From: Amphiscolops sp. MND2022
Lineage: Eukaryota
Length of the DNA: 64,000 nucleotides
NCBI GenBank assembly: GCA_964187785.1
Contig: OZ076414.1
Span: 38,192,001-38,256,000, forward strand
Reading direction: 5' to 3'
Under the pieces are notes generated by a model. It saw only the letters and a list, made by a program, of their open reading frames with translations, was not told where the DNA came from and searched no databases. A program made the position numbers and the translations under genes. Shown here piece after piece: positions 48,001 to 59,756 of the stretch. Every line of letters starts with the position of its first letter. The first letter of the stretch is position 1.

Positions 48001-51000
48001 AGTTCTTTTTCGTTTTTTTGGTATGTTTATTTTTGTTATCGCTTCCAGTTTGTCTTGTAGTGGTCTGATGCCGTCTTGGTGTATTTGTGTCCCACCCATT
48101 CAGCCTCTTTCTTGAAAAATTCGCAATTCTTCGGGTGTAGCCTGTATCCTGCTTCGTCTAATTTTTTCATTGCTTCTTTTACTTCCGACTCGTGTTTCTC
48201 TATTGTTCCTTTGGTATTAATTATGATGTCGTCTAGCCAAGCGGGGTGTTTGAATTCCAGTGTTCTGTCTATCCGTTCCTGGAAAATTGTTGGGATGTGC
48301 GCCAGTCCGTAAGAGCCTTTCAAGAAACGGTAGTACGGTGAAATTACATAGATTTCTTGTAGTTTCGTTCAATTTGATTTGACCGTAAGCGTAGTCGAAA
48401 TCTAGTTTTGTTATCCATATTTCCCCTTCTTGTTCTTCCGATATCTTCCGTGATATTCTGGATATTAGCTCTTCCATGTTCGGCATATGTGCTTTCTTTT
48501 CAATTGTTGCTTCGTTTAATTTTCTTGCATCCAGTGCAATTTTTATTGATTTGTCTTTCTTCACCGTGATGACTGCCGGGCTCACGAAACAATCTTCGGT
48601 TATTTCTGTGGCCCTTTCCAAGTATCCGTTTTTTATTAGTCTTTTTATTTCTTCCGCTACTTGATTTTGAAGGTGAATTGGTACTGGTCTTCCCTTTTGC
48701 TGTATTATTTTTGCGTCTTCTTTCAGGTCAATTTTTACTTCCAAGTCTTTTATTTCCGTGTTGTTGTAAAACAGATCTTTAAATTCATTCTTCAGTTTGA
48801 GGATCTTCTTTTCGGTTTCGTCCATTTTGATGTATTTTAATATCGTCGGTTGTTGTGTTTACTGTTATTCCAAGCCGTTTCATCCAATCTAATCCCATTA
48901 AAGGTGTAATGTTTGTTTTTGTAATTAATAGTGGCAGTTGAAGTGTTGTACTGTTGGTTTTCACCAGTGCTTTTGTTTGTCCCAGGAAATCGATCTTGTT
49001 GTCGTTTACGTCTTTGTAATTGGTTTTGAGTTCTTCCACTTCAGTAATTTTGTTAAACAAGCGTTGTGGTATCAAAGTTACTGGGGACCCGCTGTCTATT
49101 TCAAATTTTATTGGTGCGTTGTTAACCAATAGTGTTGCGTGTAGATACTCTCCGTTCTTTTTGTTGTTGTTTATTCTTTGTATTTTGTTGTAGTCCCAGT
49201 TGTCTTCTTCTGCTGATGATGATACTTTATCCACATGTTGTATTCTTTTTGGAAGTCTACACATTTTTTCGTAATGCCCCCTCTTTTTGCAATTTCGGCA
49301 ATCTACCGATTTGGCTGGGCATATGTGTTGTCTGGACCAGTTAGGTGCTCCGCATTGTCCGCACCGGTTATCTTTGTATCTTGGTTTTTGATACTCCGCT
49401 CGTTTTTTGTTTTTGTCGTAACTGGTCTTCTCTGACCATTTTCTTTTTCTCGGGCTTTCTTGTACATGTTTCATGTTCCTTCCGTCATTAGAATTGTTTG
49501 AGTCGTTTAACCGGTCATACATATATTCATGTATTAGATCGGTTATTGTTTCGATGGTCATATTACTTTTCCGGATTTTCTTTTTGAGTTCATAGTCTCC
49601 CGTTGATCTCCCGATTAAAGATAGGAATTTCGATGCGATAAGTTCGGCTGGGGTAACGTTGTCAAATTCACAGTTTTTCTCGGTCTGCAATATTCGTGTC
49701 CAGACGTCTTCGGCCGTCTCATTTGGTTCTCTCGTTATACCGAAAATATCTGCACGGCTGTGAAATTTGTTTCTTTCTGGTAAAAAGTGGAGGCGAAATA
49801 ATATGTAGAGTTGGTTGATGTTCATTTTATTTGGATCGTTGTCTCTCACCGTTTTTGTCATTTCTGTAACGGCTTCTTCTCCCAATGCCCAGATAAAAAT
49901 GTCTTTTATTTTTATCTCCAGTTCTTCTCGATATTCTTCCAATATCTCTTTGTCTGTTGTCATTGTATTCAAGTCTATTTTCTGGGTCATTTTGACATAC
50001 TGAGTAAATCGTCGCCACCATAGTCTCGCTTCTTGTATGGTTTTCTTCTCGAATATCGGTAGTGTTATTTTTCGGTGTGTTGTTGTCCGTCCTTTTTTGT
50101 CTCCAGATTCCTCACTTGAGGAGTTTCTGCTATTGGATTCCGCGGAGTTGTTTTCGTTCTTTTGACTCATTCTGACTGCGCCATGTTGTATACCAATGGA
50201 ATAAAGAAGTTTGGGAATGTTATACTGTATTGTACGTAAGCTCAAGTTATAGTGTCCACTATATCGTACTACAGATGACATTAAAGTTACTAGCAGGTAT
50301 GTTATGTAATTAACATAAAAGGGCATAGAGTAAGTAAGAATTATGTAACATTGCGTTACTATTGACCTTCAAACTATATTCATGTCACAATCAGCAGTCA
50401 ACATAATATACGAGGCCTTAAGCGAAAATTTTTCAACCTTTTATATGTTTTTGATGAAATACGCTTTCAGAATCCAAAAGTCACATGGAGTCGAAAGCAA
50501 CAGCGCAACAAGAAGACGGAGAGGACGACGGACCTCAAGGGTCAGTTTCTGAGGCCGATCAAAGAGAGGGTAAGTGCGGAAGAACCGTGGGTGTCTATAT
50601 GTGTCCCACAATGTGTTGAAGTATAATGAAACTGTCATTTTCATCCTTGAAATGACGCTCTTTTCGAGACAACATAGCAGCCTTCAGTTCGTATCACGCT
50701 GAAAAACAGCTGATGTTGGGCAATTGTTGCGCTTGAACCAAGTTTTTCTACGATTTCATCAAAACCGCCCCTTCCGGCGTCGATCAATTATGCAGGGGCG
50801 AACTATCATTTCCACCTTTTATTGAAAAAATTTCATTTTTTGAAATCTCCTAAAATAAGCCTTTCGATTTCAGACAGATTTATAAAACAATCCTAATTTT
50901 TCAAAATCTCCGAGGAAAGAATTCTATTAAGTTTTACTGAAAGTATCTAAATCTTGAAGCATAAGTTTTGTTGATTGAATCAAATAAAATAAAGCTATGC

Positions 51001-51648
51001 ATTTCAAAAATTACTGAGTGTGCTGACTGTGAACGATTACTTACAGTAAGAGACGCCGAAAATTTGGAAAACTACATTCAAAACTATTTTCCAGAAAAGC
51101 ATGCTTTCATCATGTGGTCTTGAGTTGGGTAATATCAAAATTTAGACATTAAACCATTAAATATACATTCAAGATAAATCATACGATATTATCAGGCTAT
51201 ATATGAGGTAAAAAGAATCAAACTGCTGCCTCCGATGTCTGAAAAAAATGCCGTAGGAAAAACGCCCATAGGAAAAAAACGCCCAAAGGGTAATAAGGTC
51301 AAAAAATTACGATAACGGTTGGAAGCAAATTCCGTCTACTAGCCGTCTATTATTTTAACTCAAATTTACAAGCATACACAAATGATAGGAAGATGCTTCA
51401 AAATTTAGAACAAATCTAGGAAAGACTTGCAGCCTTTAACGAGTTTAAAAACCCTCGCAGCAAAATCAGTTCGCCGTTTGAAGAGGATTGATATATAATT
51501 GTCGAAATTATGGTACATTCAATAGGACATCCACTTTTCACGTTTTCAGAATCCAAAAGTCATATGGAGTCGAAAGCAACAGCGCAGCAAGAAGACGGAG
51601 GGGACGACGGACCTCAAATTTCAGTTTCCGAGGCCGATCAAGGAGAAG
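39030..51648 (+). CDS. Multi-exon gene (partial model) for a low-complexity Ser/acidic/basic protein with no recognised domain
   Basis: Exons 39030-39188, 43141-43367, 43489-43613, 43803-44007, 44088-44275, 50471-50569 and 51550-51648 join through GT-AG introns with consistent phases (0,2,1,2,1,1) and no stop. The donor at 43614 (GTTTCA) is weak and the 3' end was not found. Confidence 0.55.
40776..41560. mobile_element. MITE with ~30-bp TIRs and sub-terminal TCTTGCAAGA palindromic repeats
   Basis: CCCTGGTTGAAAAATACAATTCTTGCAAGA at the left and TCTTGCAAGATTTGTATTTTTTAACTAGGG at the right; multiple TCTTGCAAG copies in both arms. Confidence 0.75.
44918..48825 (-). pseudogene. Gypsy pol (RT, RNase H, integrase), multiply frameshifted
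   Basis: RT: ARKLNEA, TKLDFDYAYGQ, WLDDII. RH: HIAGKHLKLTDYLSR. IN: LHKGHP, IQLDFIGP, IRTD..TAF, GLVERGI. Split over at least 7 ORF fragments. Confidence 0.9.
48785..50170 (-). CDS. Gypsy Gag-protease ORF
   Basis: ATG at 50170 just after the PBS; Mag-type zinc knuckles CGQCG...HICPAKSVDCRNCKKRGHYEKMC; aspartic protease FEIDSGSPVTLI. Confidence 0.9.
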   Translation of the reverse strand: MSQKNENNSAESNSRNSSSEESGDKKGRTTTHRKITLPIFEKKTIQEARLWWRRFTQYVKMTQKIDLNTMTTDKEILEEYREELEIKIKDIFIWALGEEAVTEMTKTVRDNDPNKMNINQLYILFRLHFLPERNKFHSRADIFGITREPNETAEDVWTRILQTEKNCEFDNVTPAELIASKFLSLIGRSTGDYELKKKIRKSNMTIETITDLIHEYMYDRLNDSNNSNDGRNMKHVQESPRKRKWSEKTSYDKNKKRAEYQKPRYKDNRCGQCGAPNWSRQHICPAKSVDCRNCKKRGHYEKMCRLPKRIQHVDKVSSSAEEDNWDYNKIQRINNNKKNGEYLHATLLVNNAPIKFEIDSGSPVTLIPQRLFNKITEVEELKTNYKDVNDNKIDFLGQTKALVKTNSTTLQLPLLITKTNITPLMGLDWMKRLGITVNTTTDDIKIHQNGRNRKEDPQTEE

Positions 51649-52400
51649 GTAAGTGTGGAAGAAAAGTGGGTTCTGTCTGTGTCACATAGTCAGTGTCCCA
51701 CTTCGATGCGCTGACGTATAATGATACATTTGATAGTAAAAAATCACGAAAAGTTCAAAATGATTTCGATTATTAAAATGACGCTCTTTTCGAGACAACA
51801 TAGCAGCCTTCAGCTCGTATCACGCTGAAAAACAGCTGATGTTGGACAATTGTTGCGCTTGAACCAAGATTTTTTACGACTTCATCAAAACCGGCCCCTT
51901 CCGGCCTCGATCAATTATGCAGGGGCGAAATATATTTTGGAAACATCGAAACTATCATTTCCACCTTTTCATGAAAAATTTAATTTTATTGAAAACCCCT
52001 AAAATAAGCCTTTCGATTCCAGATAGATTTATAAAACAATCCAAGATTATCAAACTCTCAAAGGAAAAAATTCTATTAAATGTTACTGAAAGTATTTTTT
52101 TCATGAAGCATAAGTTTTGTTGATTGAATCAAATAGAATAAAGCTCTCATTTCAAAAATGAATAACGGACAATAACTGAGTGTACTGACTGCCAACGATT
52201 ACTTACAGTAAGTGACGCCGAACATTTGGAAAACTATATTCAAATTTGTTTTCCAGAAAAGCGTGCTTTCGTCATCTGGGCTTGAGGCGGCTAATAGCAA
52301 AATTTAAACTTTGAACCATTAAAGATACTGAATGAAACATTTAAAATAAAGCATACGATATTATCAGAATATAGATGAGCTGAAAAGAATGAAATGGCTA
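50460..52400 (+). repeat. Diverged tandem duplication (~1.08-kb offset) containing a 99-bp exon in each copy
   Basis: 50471-50569 matches 51550-51648, and downstream intronic sequence (~50650-51200) matches ~51780-52370. Confidence 0.88.
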
Positions 52401-52470
52401 CCATCGGTGTCCGGAAAAAAAACGTTCAACGATGTAACGCCCAAAGATCAATAACGTCAAAGAAAATTAT

Positions 52471-52542
52471 GAATCAGCTTTGTTCACGGAATCAGCTTTG
52501 TTCACGGAATCAGCTTTGTTCACGGAATCAGCTTTGTTCACG
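52471..52542 (+). repeat. Perfect 18-bp minisatellite x4
   Basis: GAATCAGCTTTGTTCACG at 52471, 52489, 52507 and 52525. Confidence 0.95.
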
Positions 52543-52929
52543 TTCCTCGAGTGCCCCAAACGCAGGAGCGAAGCGACGAGCGTTACCAGACCCGTCGCTG
52601 GTTTTGATGAAGGCCGACCTGGAATGGCGCCAAAAGGAGGAGTCATACAGCAAACAAAAATTAAGAAATTTTTTCACAGGGGCTCTCGAAAGAGAAAAGT
52701 GCACGAGTAATTAATTTTCTTACGACACTTGTTTGGTCAATTTGGCCAGCACGCTAAACCCAATTTTCCGACGTTATAGACGAAGTAAGTTGCGTTTCAA
52801 TAAAAAAGAGGCGCGGTTTCGAAAAGAATATTAAAAGGGTGCTATATCCGAACTATGTAGCGTTCTACTAAGAGAAGGCGGAGATTCAAAAAACGCTGCT
52901 GCGTGATCCATCACACTATATCCAAACTT

Positions 52930-55900
52930 TTGACGTTATATCCGAAATAGAATGCGTATTACAAGGCGATTTACCGAAGATTTGGAAGTTTTTTTTCCAA
53001 TTTTTGTTTTTTTGAGGTTTTTCAATAGAAAAACACTTTTCGGAGTCCAGGGAGACTTCATTGGGGCTTTGGTCCTATGGAACGGGTGAGAATTTTCGGA
53101 ATATTTGTGGAAACGACCTACGGTTTTCTCGGTACTGTGCGACTTTTCTTGTTTGATCAAAGTGTATTCCGTTCACTTTCATAGATGTTTTTGACTGCAA
53201 AAAAAAACGTTTGGCGAGCTGAAAGCTCCCTTTTTGGCACTATGAGACCTTTGCCCGACGAAAACTTTCGAAAACAATTGATTTTCAAAAATTGGGTTTT
53301 TTGTTTCCAGTTGGGGAAAGTGGTTTTGAAGTCTTATGCGTATCCCTTCAAGTATTTTTCGGCACTGAGAAATTGAAAAAAAAATAATAGTGTCCTTTGC
53401 ATATTCAAGAACATTTTTCGGTATAACCGCTGCCTTGCGCTGCCGCAAATCGTAGTTTCACGGAAGGATTACAAAACTGAAATGTCGAACTGTAAACTTT
53501 CAATGTCTCTTTGGAAAATGTTATTTTTCATCAAATTAGGTCAGTCGCTGTTTTCATCGAAGAATTGCATATATTCAACGTCCAAAACTGCAGTGGATGA
53601 AATAATCGATTATGGCCCCTTATGGTTTCACGACACTTTGAGAATTACCGAAAAACTTTTGGCAATTTTAGTTTTTTGTAGTTTCCTGGTAAAGAAAATA
53701 GGCCCTCGCGGAGCACAGCAATATTTCTCCTTCAGGATACAACAATCATTTCCTTCAAAGTTCACTTATCAAAAACGTCTGAAATATTTATACACTTCTG
53801 TTAATTCATTATATAGCGCACAATTTATACCGCCTTCGATTCTTCTCGGACTAAAAAACAGAACTCCTAAGTTCGCATTCGTATTTCGGCGCACGAAAAA
53901 TTAACACTAGTTCCCTTCATTTCAGTGAACCCAGCGTATGAATGAATAAACGCGGCTTACACTCATTTGCTTCATCGCACGAGGATTGAATAAACTAAAG
54001 ACCAATGAAAATTGGCTGGCAAAAAGGTCCACAAACAGCTCTTGACAAAAACGATCACATTTACGGCGTCTATTTCATATTTCATCACGCAGAAATATTT
54101 AGAACCGTTTTTCGAGTCTTGAGGGTTATTTTTTGGTCACTTGGAACCGATGTGGATGAATATTTAATTCACATTTGTTACCCTGTAGGGTGTACAAAAC
54201 ACAAACTTTCGATTGTACACCGGACACGGTCGGTGATCAATTTACAATACATACTGAGGTGCGTTAATCTCACGGTGCTCGTCAAGTTCATCAGTTGAGA
54301 TCATCATCTGATGAGATTTTCTCAAAACCTATGGAAAAGACCTATGGTTCTTCGACATTGTGCAACTTTTCGAAAATGTCATTTGATCAAGGGATACCAA
54401 AAACTTCGTTTTGAAAAGTGTTCAGCTTAGATAAAGTGTTTCGTTGGGATTTTCGGCACTGTAAAGTCGAAGGTGTTTTTCGTAGTCTCCTGTAAAGAAA
54501 TCCAAAACAGCTATAGTGAAATAGCGGCAAAAAATGTTGAAATAGTTTCTACGAGGAGACCCTTGCCGGAATCAGATCAAAAACAAATCCTGAACCACAA
54601 CATCTGATCAAGTCTGAGCATACATGGGATCCCCGAGGATCTAGATAAAAAGAAACATGAAAATCCGTTATATACGAAATAGAATGCGTATTACAAGGCT
54701 ATTTACAGTAGATTTGGTGAAAGTTTGTTTTCCAATTTTTGGTTTTTTGAGGTTTTTCAATAGAAAAACACTTCGGAGTCTAGGGGGAGACCTCATTGGG
54801 GCTTTGGTCCTATGGAACGGGTGAGAATTTTCGCAATATTCATGGAAACGACCTACGGTTTTTTCGGTACTGTGCGACATTTCTTTGGAAATTTTTGTTT
54901 GATCAAAGTGCATTCCGTTAACTTTCTTAGATGTTTTTGACTGCAAAAAAGCGTTTGGCGAGCTGAAAGCTTCCTTTTTGGCACTATGAGACCTTTTCCC
55001 GACCAAAACTTTCGATAACAATTGATTTTCAAAAATTAGGTTTTTTGTTTCCAGTTGGGGAAAGTGGTTTTGAAGTTTTATGCCTATCCCTTCAAGTATT
55101 TTTCGGCACTGAAAAATTAAAAAAAAAAGAGTGTCCTTTGCATATTCAAGAACATTTTTCGGTATAACCGCTGCCGCAAATCGTTGTTTCACGGAAGGAT
55201 TACAAAACTGAAATGTCGAACTGTAAACTTTCAATGTCTCTTTGGAAAATGTTATTTTTCATCTGATTAGGTCAGTCGCTGTTTTCATCGAAGAATTGCA
55301 TATATTCAACGTCCAAAACTGCAGTGGATGAAATAATCGCATATGGCCCCTTATGGTTTTACGACACTTTGAGAATTACCGAAAAAACTTTTGGCAATTT
55401 TAGTTTTTTTCGTAGTTTCCTGGTAAATAAAATAGGCCCTTGCGAAGCACAGTAATATTTCTCCTTCAGGATACAATATTCATTTCCTTCAAAGTTCACT
55501 TATCAAAAACGTTTGAAGCATTTATACACTTCTGTTAATTCATTATATAGCGCACAATTTATAACGCCTTCGATTCTTCTCGGACTAAAAAACAGAACTA
55601 CTAAGTTCGCATTCGTATTTGAATGCAGGCGGAGGTTTCGGCGCACGAATAATTAACACTAGTTCCCTTCATTTCAGCGAACCCAGCGTATGAAAGAATA
55701 AACGCGGCTCACACTCATTAGCTTCATCGCACGAGGATTGAATAAACTAAAGACCAGTGAAAATTAGCTGGCAAAAAGGTCCACAAATAGCTCTTGACAG
55801 AAACAATCACATTTACGGCTTCTATTTCATATTTCATCACGCAGAAATATTTAGAACCGTTTTTCGAGTCTTGAGGGTTATTTTTTGGTCACTTGGAACC

Positions 55901-58165
55901 GATGTGGATGAATATTTAATTCACATTTGTTACCCTGTAGGGTGTACAAAACACAAACTTTCGATTGTACACCGGACACGGTCGGTGATCAATTTACAAT
56001 ACATACTGAGGTGCGTTAATCTCACGGTGCTCGTCAAGTTCATCAGTTGAGATCATCATCTGATGAGATTTTCTCAAAACCTATGGAAAAGACCTATGGT
56101 TCTTCGACATTGTGCAACTTTTCGAAAATGTCATTTGATCAAGGGATACCAAAAACTTCGTTTTGAAAAGTGTTCAGCTTAGATAAAGTGTTTCGTTGGG
56201 ATTTTCGGCACTGTAAAGTCGAAGGTGTTTTTCGTAGTCTCCTGTAAAGAAATCCAAAACAGCTATAGTGAAATAGCGGCAAAAAATGTTGAAATAGTTT
56301 CTACGAGGAGACCCTTGCCGGAATCAGATCAAAAACAAATCCTGAACCACAACATCTGATCAAGTCTGAGCATACATGGGATCCCCGAGGATCTAGATAA
56401 AAAGAAACATGAAAATCCGTTATATACGAAATAGAATGCGTATTACAAGGCTATTTACAGTAGATTTGGTGAAAGTTTGTTTTCCAATTTTTGGTTTTTT
56501 GAGGTTTTTCAATAGAAAAACACTTCGGAGTCTAGGGGGAGACCTCATTGGGGCTTTGGTCCTATGGAACGGGTGAGAATTTTCGCAATATTCATGGAAA
56601 CGACCTACGGTTTTTTCGGTACTGTGCGACATTTCTTTGGAAATTTTTGTTTGATCAAAGTGCATTCCGTTAACTTTCTTAGATGTTTTTGACTGCAAAA
56701 AAGCGTTTGGCGAGCTGAAAGCTTCCTTTTTGGCACTATGAGACCTTTTCCCGACCAAAACTTTCGATAACAATTGATTTTCAAAAATTAGGTTTTTTGT
56801 TTCCAGTTGGGGAAAGTGGTTTTGAAGTCTTATGCCTATCCCTTCAAGTATTTTTCGGCACTGAAAAATTAAAAAAAAAAGAGTGTCCTTTGCATATTCA
56901 AGAACATTTTTCGGTATAACCGCTGCCGCAAATCGTTGTTTCACGGAAGGATTACAAAACTGAAATGTCGAACTGTAAACTTTCAATGTCTCTTTGGAAA
57001 ATGTTATTTTTCATCTGATTAGGTCAGTCGCTGTTTTCATCGAAGAATTGCATATATTCAACGTCCAAAACTGCAGTGGATGAAATAATCGCATATGGCC
57101 CCTTATGGTTTTACGACACTTTGAGAATTACCGAAAAAACTTTTGGCAATTTTAGTTTTTTTCGTAGTTTCCTGGTAAATAAAATAGGCCCTTGCGAAGC
57201 ACAGTAATATTTCTCCTTCAGGATACAATATTCATTTCCTTCAAAGTTCACTTATCAAAAACGTTTGAAGCATTTATACACTTCTGTTAATTCATTATAT
57301 AGCGCACAATTTATAACGCCTTCGATTCTTCTCGGACTAAAAAACAGAACTACTAAGTTCGCATTCGTATTTGAATGCAGGCGGAGGTTTCGGCGCACGA
57401 ATAATTAACACTAGTTCCCTTCATTTCAGCGAACCCAGCGTATGAAAGAATAAACGCGGCTCACACTCATTAGCTTCATCGCACGAGGATTGAATAAACT
57501 AAAGACCAGTGAAAATTAGCTGGCAAAAAGGTCCACAAATAGCTCTTGACAGAAACAATCACATTTACGGCTTCTATTTCATATTTCATCACGCAGAAAT
57601 ATTTAGAACCGTTTTTCGAGTCTTGAGGGTTATTTTTTGGTCACGTGGAACCGATCTGGATGAATATTATAATTCACATTTGTTACCCCGTAGGGTGTAC
57701 AAAACACAAACTTTCGATTTTACACCGGACACGGTCGGTGATCAATTTACAATACATACTGAGGTGCGTTAATCTTACGGTGCTCGTCAAGTTCATCAGT
57801 TGAGATCATCATCTGACGAGAGTTTCTCAAAACCTATGGAAAAGACCTATGGTTCTTCGACACTGCAACTTTTCGAAAATGTCATTTGGTCAAGGGATAC
57901 CAAAAACTTCGTTTTGAAAAGTGTTCAGCTTAGAAAAAATGTTTCCTTGGGCTTTTCGACACTGTAAAGTCGAAGGGGTTTTTCGTAGTCTCCTGTAAAG
58001 AAATCCAAAACAGCTATAGTGAAATAGCGGCAAAAAATGTTGAAATAGTTTCTATGAGGAGACCCTTGCCGGAATCAGATCAAAAACAAATCCTGAACCA
58101 CAACATATCATCAAGTCTGAGCATACATGGAATCCCCGAGGATCTAGATAAAAAGAAATATGAAA
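52930..58165 (+). repeat. Three-copy tandem array of a 1752-bp composite unit (MITE/HINE pieces plus LINE ORF1 fragment)
   Basis: ORFs repeat at a 1752-bp offset (54005/55757/57509 and 54668/56420). Each unit ends in LINE ORF1 sequence ...GATCTAGATAAAAAGAAA(C/T)ATGAAAAT; only the last copy continues into the LINE. Confidence 0.95.
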
Positions 58166-58555
58166 ATTTTATCCCAACCACCGAAAAGGTTAACGAAATA
58201 CTTACAAAAATTGGCGTTGACACAAAAGTCAAAGAATTGAGAAGACTTGGAAAATTTGACAAAGATAGAAAGAAGTCCAGGACTGTCCTTATTACCCATT
58301 ATTACGAATCACGCTTGGTGCTAGCAAAAAAATTACGAGAAACGTACTGAACTCAAAGATGAGAACATTTTTCTGATGCCTATGTTGTCAAGAGAAGATG
58401 CCTTGAAAGAAAATCTGTGTTTGAAGAAGCGGGGGGAACTGATCAACAACGGTATACCACCTGACAAACTGAAAATACGGAACTTTGAACTATTTAACGA
58501 TGGAAAGAAAGTCGTACTGATTGAAGAAAATGATAAAACTGACTGACTATTCTAC

Positions 58556-59191
58556 ATGAACATGCTGTTACTGAATACTCGAAGCCTTTGGAAAGCAGAA
58601 AGAAGAGAAAAATTCTTGAATGCAATTATTTTGAGCCAGTATAATGTCATTTTTTTGTGTGAGACGTTGGATGGGGGTGTGCCAGACTCTGAACTACCAC
58701 TGAAAGAGTACAAACTTTACCGAGCAGACAGACCGTCTACTAAAGACTACTCTACTCATGGAGGTTCTCTAATTGCAGTGAAAAGCACGCTTGTTTCCAA
58801 ACAACTAGACATCGTACTACCTGAATGCTGTGTAGCCTGTTCAAAAACTCTCGACAACTTAGAGATTGTTCTCTGTACTCTGTACAACCCACCGGATGAC
58901 AGCAAATACCGATATGAAATTTCAGACTTTGAACAAATACTCGACTCCTTACCAAAAACAACTCCACTAATTGTCTGTGGGGACATGAACCTGCCAACAG
59001 TTGACTGGAACACGTTAAGCAGCTCCGATGACTTTGAACAAAAAGTCATTGATTTGTTTGATCACCACATGCTTCGGCAAGTAGTTGACTTTCCCACTTG
59101 CGCAAACAACACCATAGACTTGGTGTTTCAAAAGAAATGTAATATCTTGCCTGAAAAGGATAACGATTTCACGAAGGTACAATATCACTAA
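58556..59191 (+). pseudogene. LINE ORF2 apurinic-like endonuclease domain
   Basis: LLNTRSL, IFLCET, YRADR...HGGSLIAVK, LYNPP, IVCGDMNLP.VDW and TIDLVF. Confidence 0.92.
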
Positions 59192-59756
59192 TCATCATGC
59201 AGTGACAATGAGACTCGAATGCTCACACCACCAACAGAAACCCATCTTTGAGAAGTATCGAAGTATCGGAGCTACGGGAGAGCTGACTATCAAAAAATGA
59301 TTGACATTAGGAGCACAAGTCCTTTCAGTCCAGTTTGTCACACAAACATCGACAACATGTATTCTGAATTGTGTCAATACACTGAAAATAAAATACAGGA
59401 ATGTGTTCCGCTGAGAACGAGACATCGACAAGCAAATGCCTCCTTGTATAACTCCAAGTACATCGAAAATCAAAAACAAACTGAAAACTCAAGAAAGTGC
59501 TTCTCGGAAGACGTACTGCATACCGAAGAAATAACGTATCAAAACTAGAAAACGTGGTATTAGAGAACTGTGAAATCGATCGTTTGAGAAGAACTTCTCA
59601 GCTCACGCAATACCGAAAAAAATTTCAAGCACTTGAACTATCTCAACAAAGCAAAATGCATTCCTAAAGTGATGTACAAAGGCGATGAGGTCAGTCGTTC
59701 AGAAAAGGAAACAGCCCGCTTCTTCAACGAGTTTTTTTATTCGGTTTACTCTCCAA

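Larger units (their letters stand above)
44426..50389 (-). mobile_element. Full-length Ty3/Gypsy LTR retrotransposon, Mag-clade-like, with 5-bp TSD ATCAG
   Basis: 206-bp LTRs (44426-44631 and 50184-50389; TG...CA; 3 differences seen), TSD ATCAG at 44421-44425 and 50390-50394, PBS TGGCGCAGTC (50183-50174), PPT AGGGGGGAA (44640-44632), domain order gag-PR-RT-RH-IN. Confidence 0.96.

Noticed and set aside
52394-52714. ORFs with NQLCSR or ESALFT repeats
   Set aside because: Produced by the 18-bp minisatellite plus a family C fragment.
54005-57772. Repeated 97-aa and 188-aa ORFs as a tandem gene family
   Set aside because: They overlap MITE/HINE-derived sequence, frames are not preserved in the diverged copies (unit 1 left part, unit 3 right part), and no domain is recognisable.
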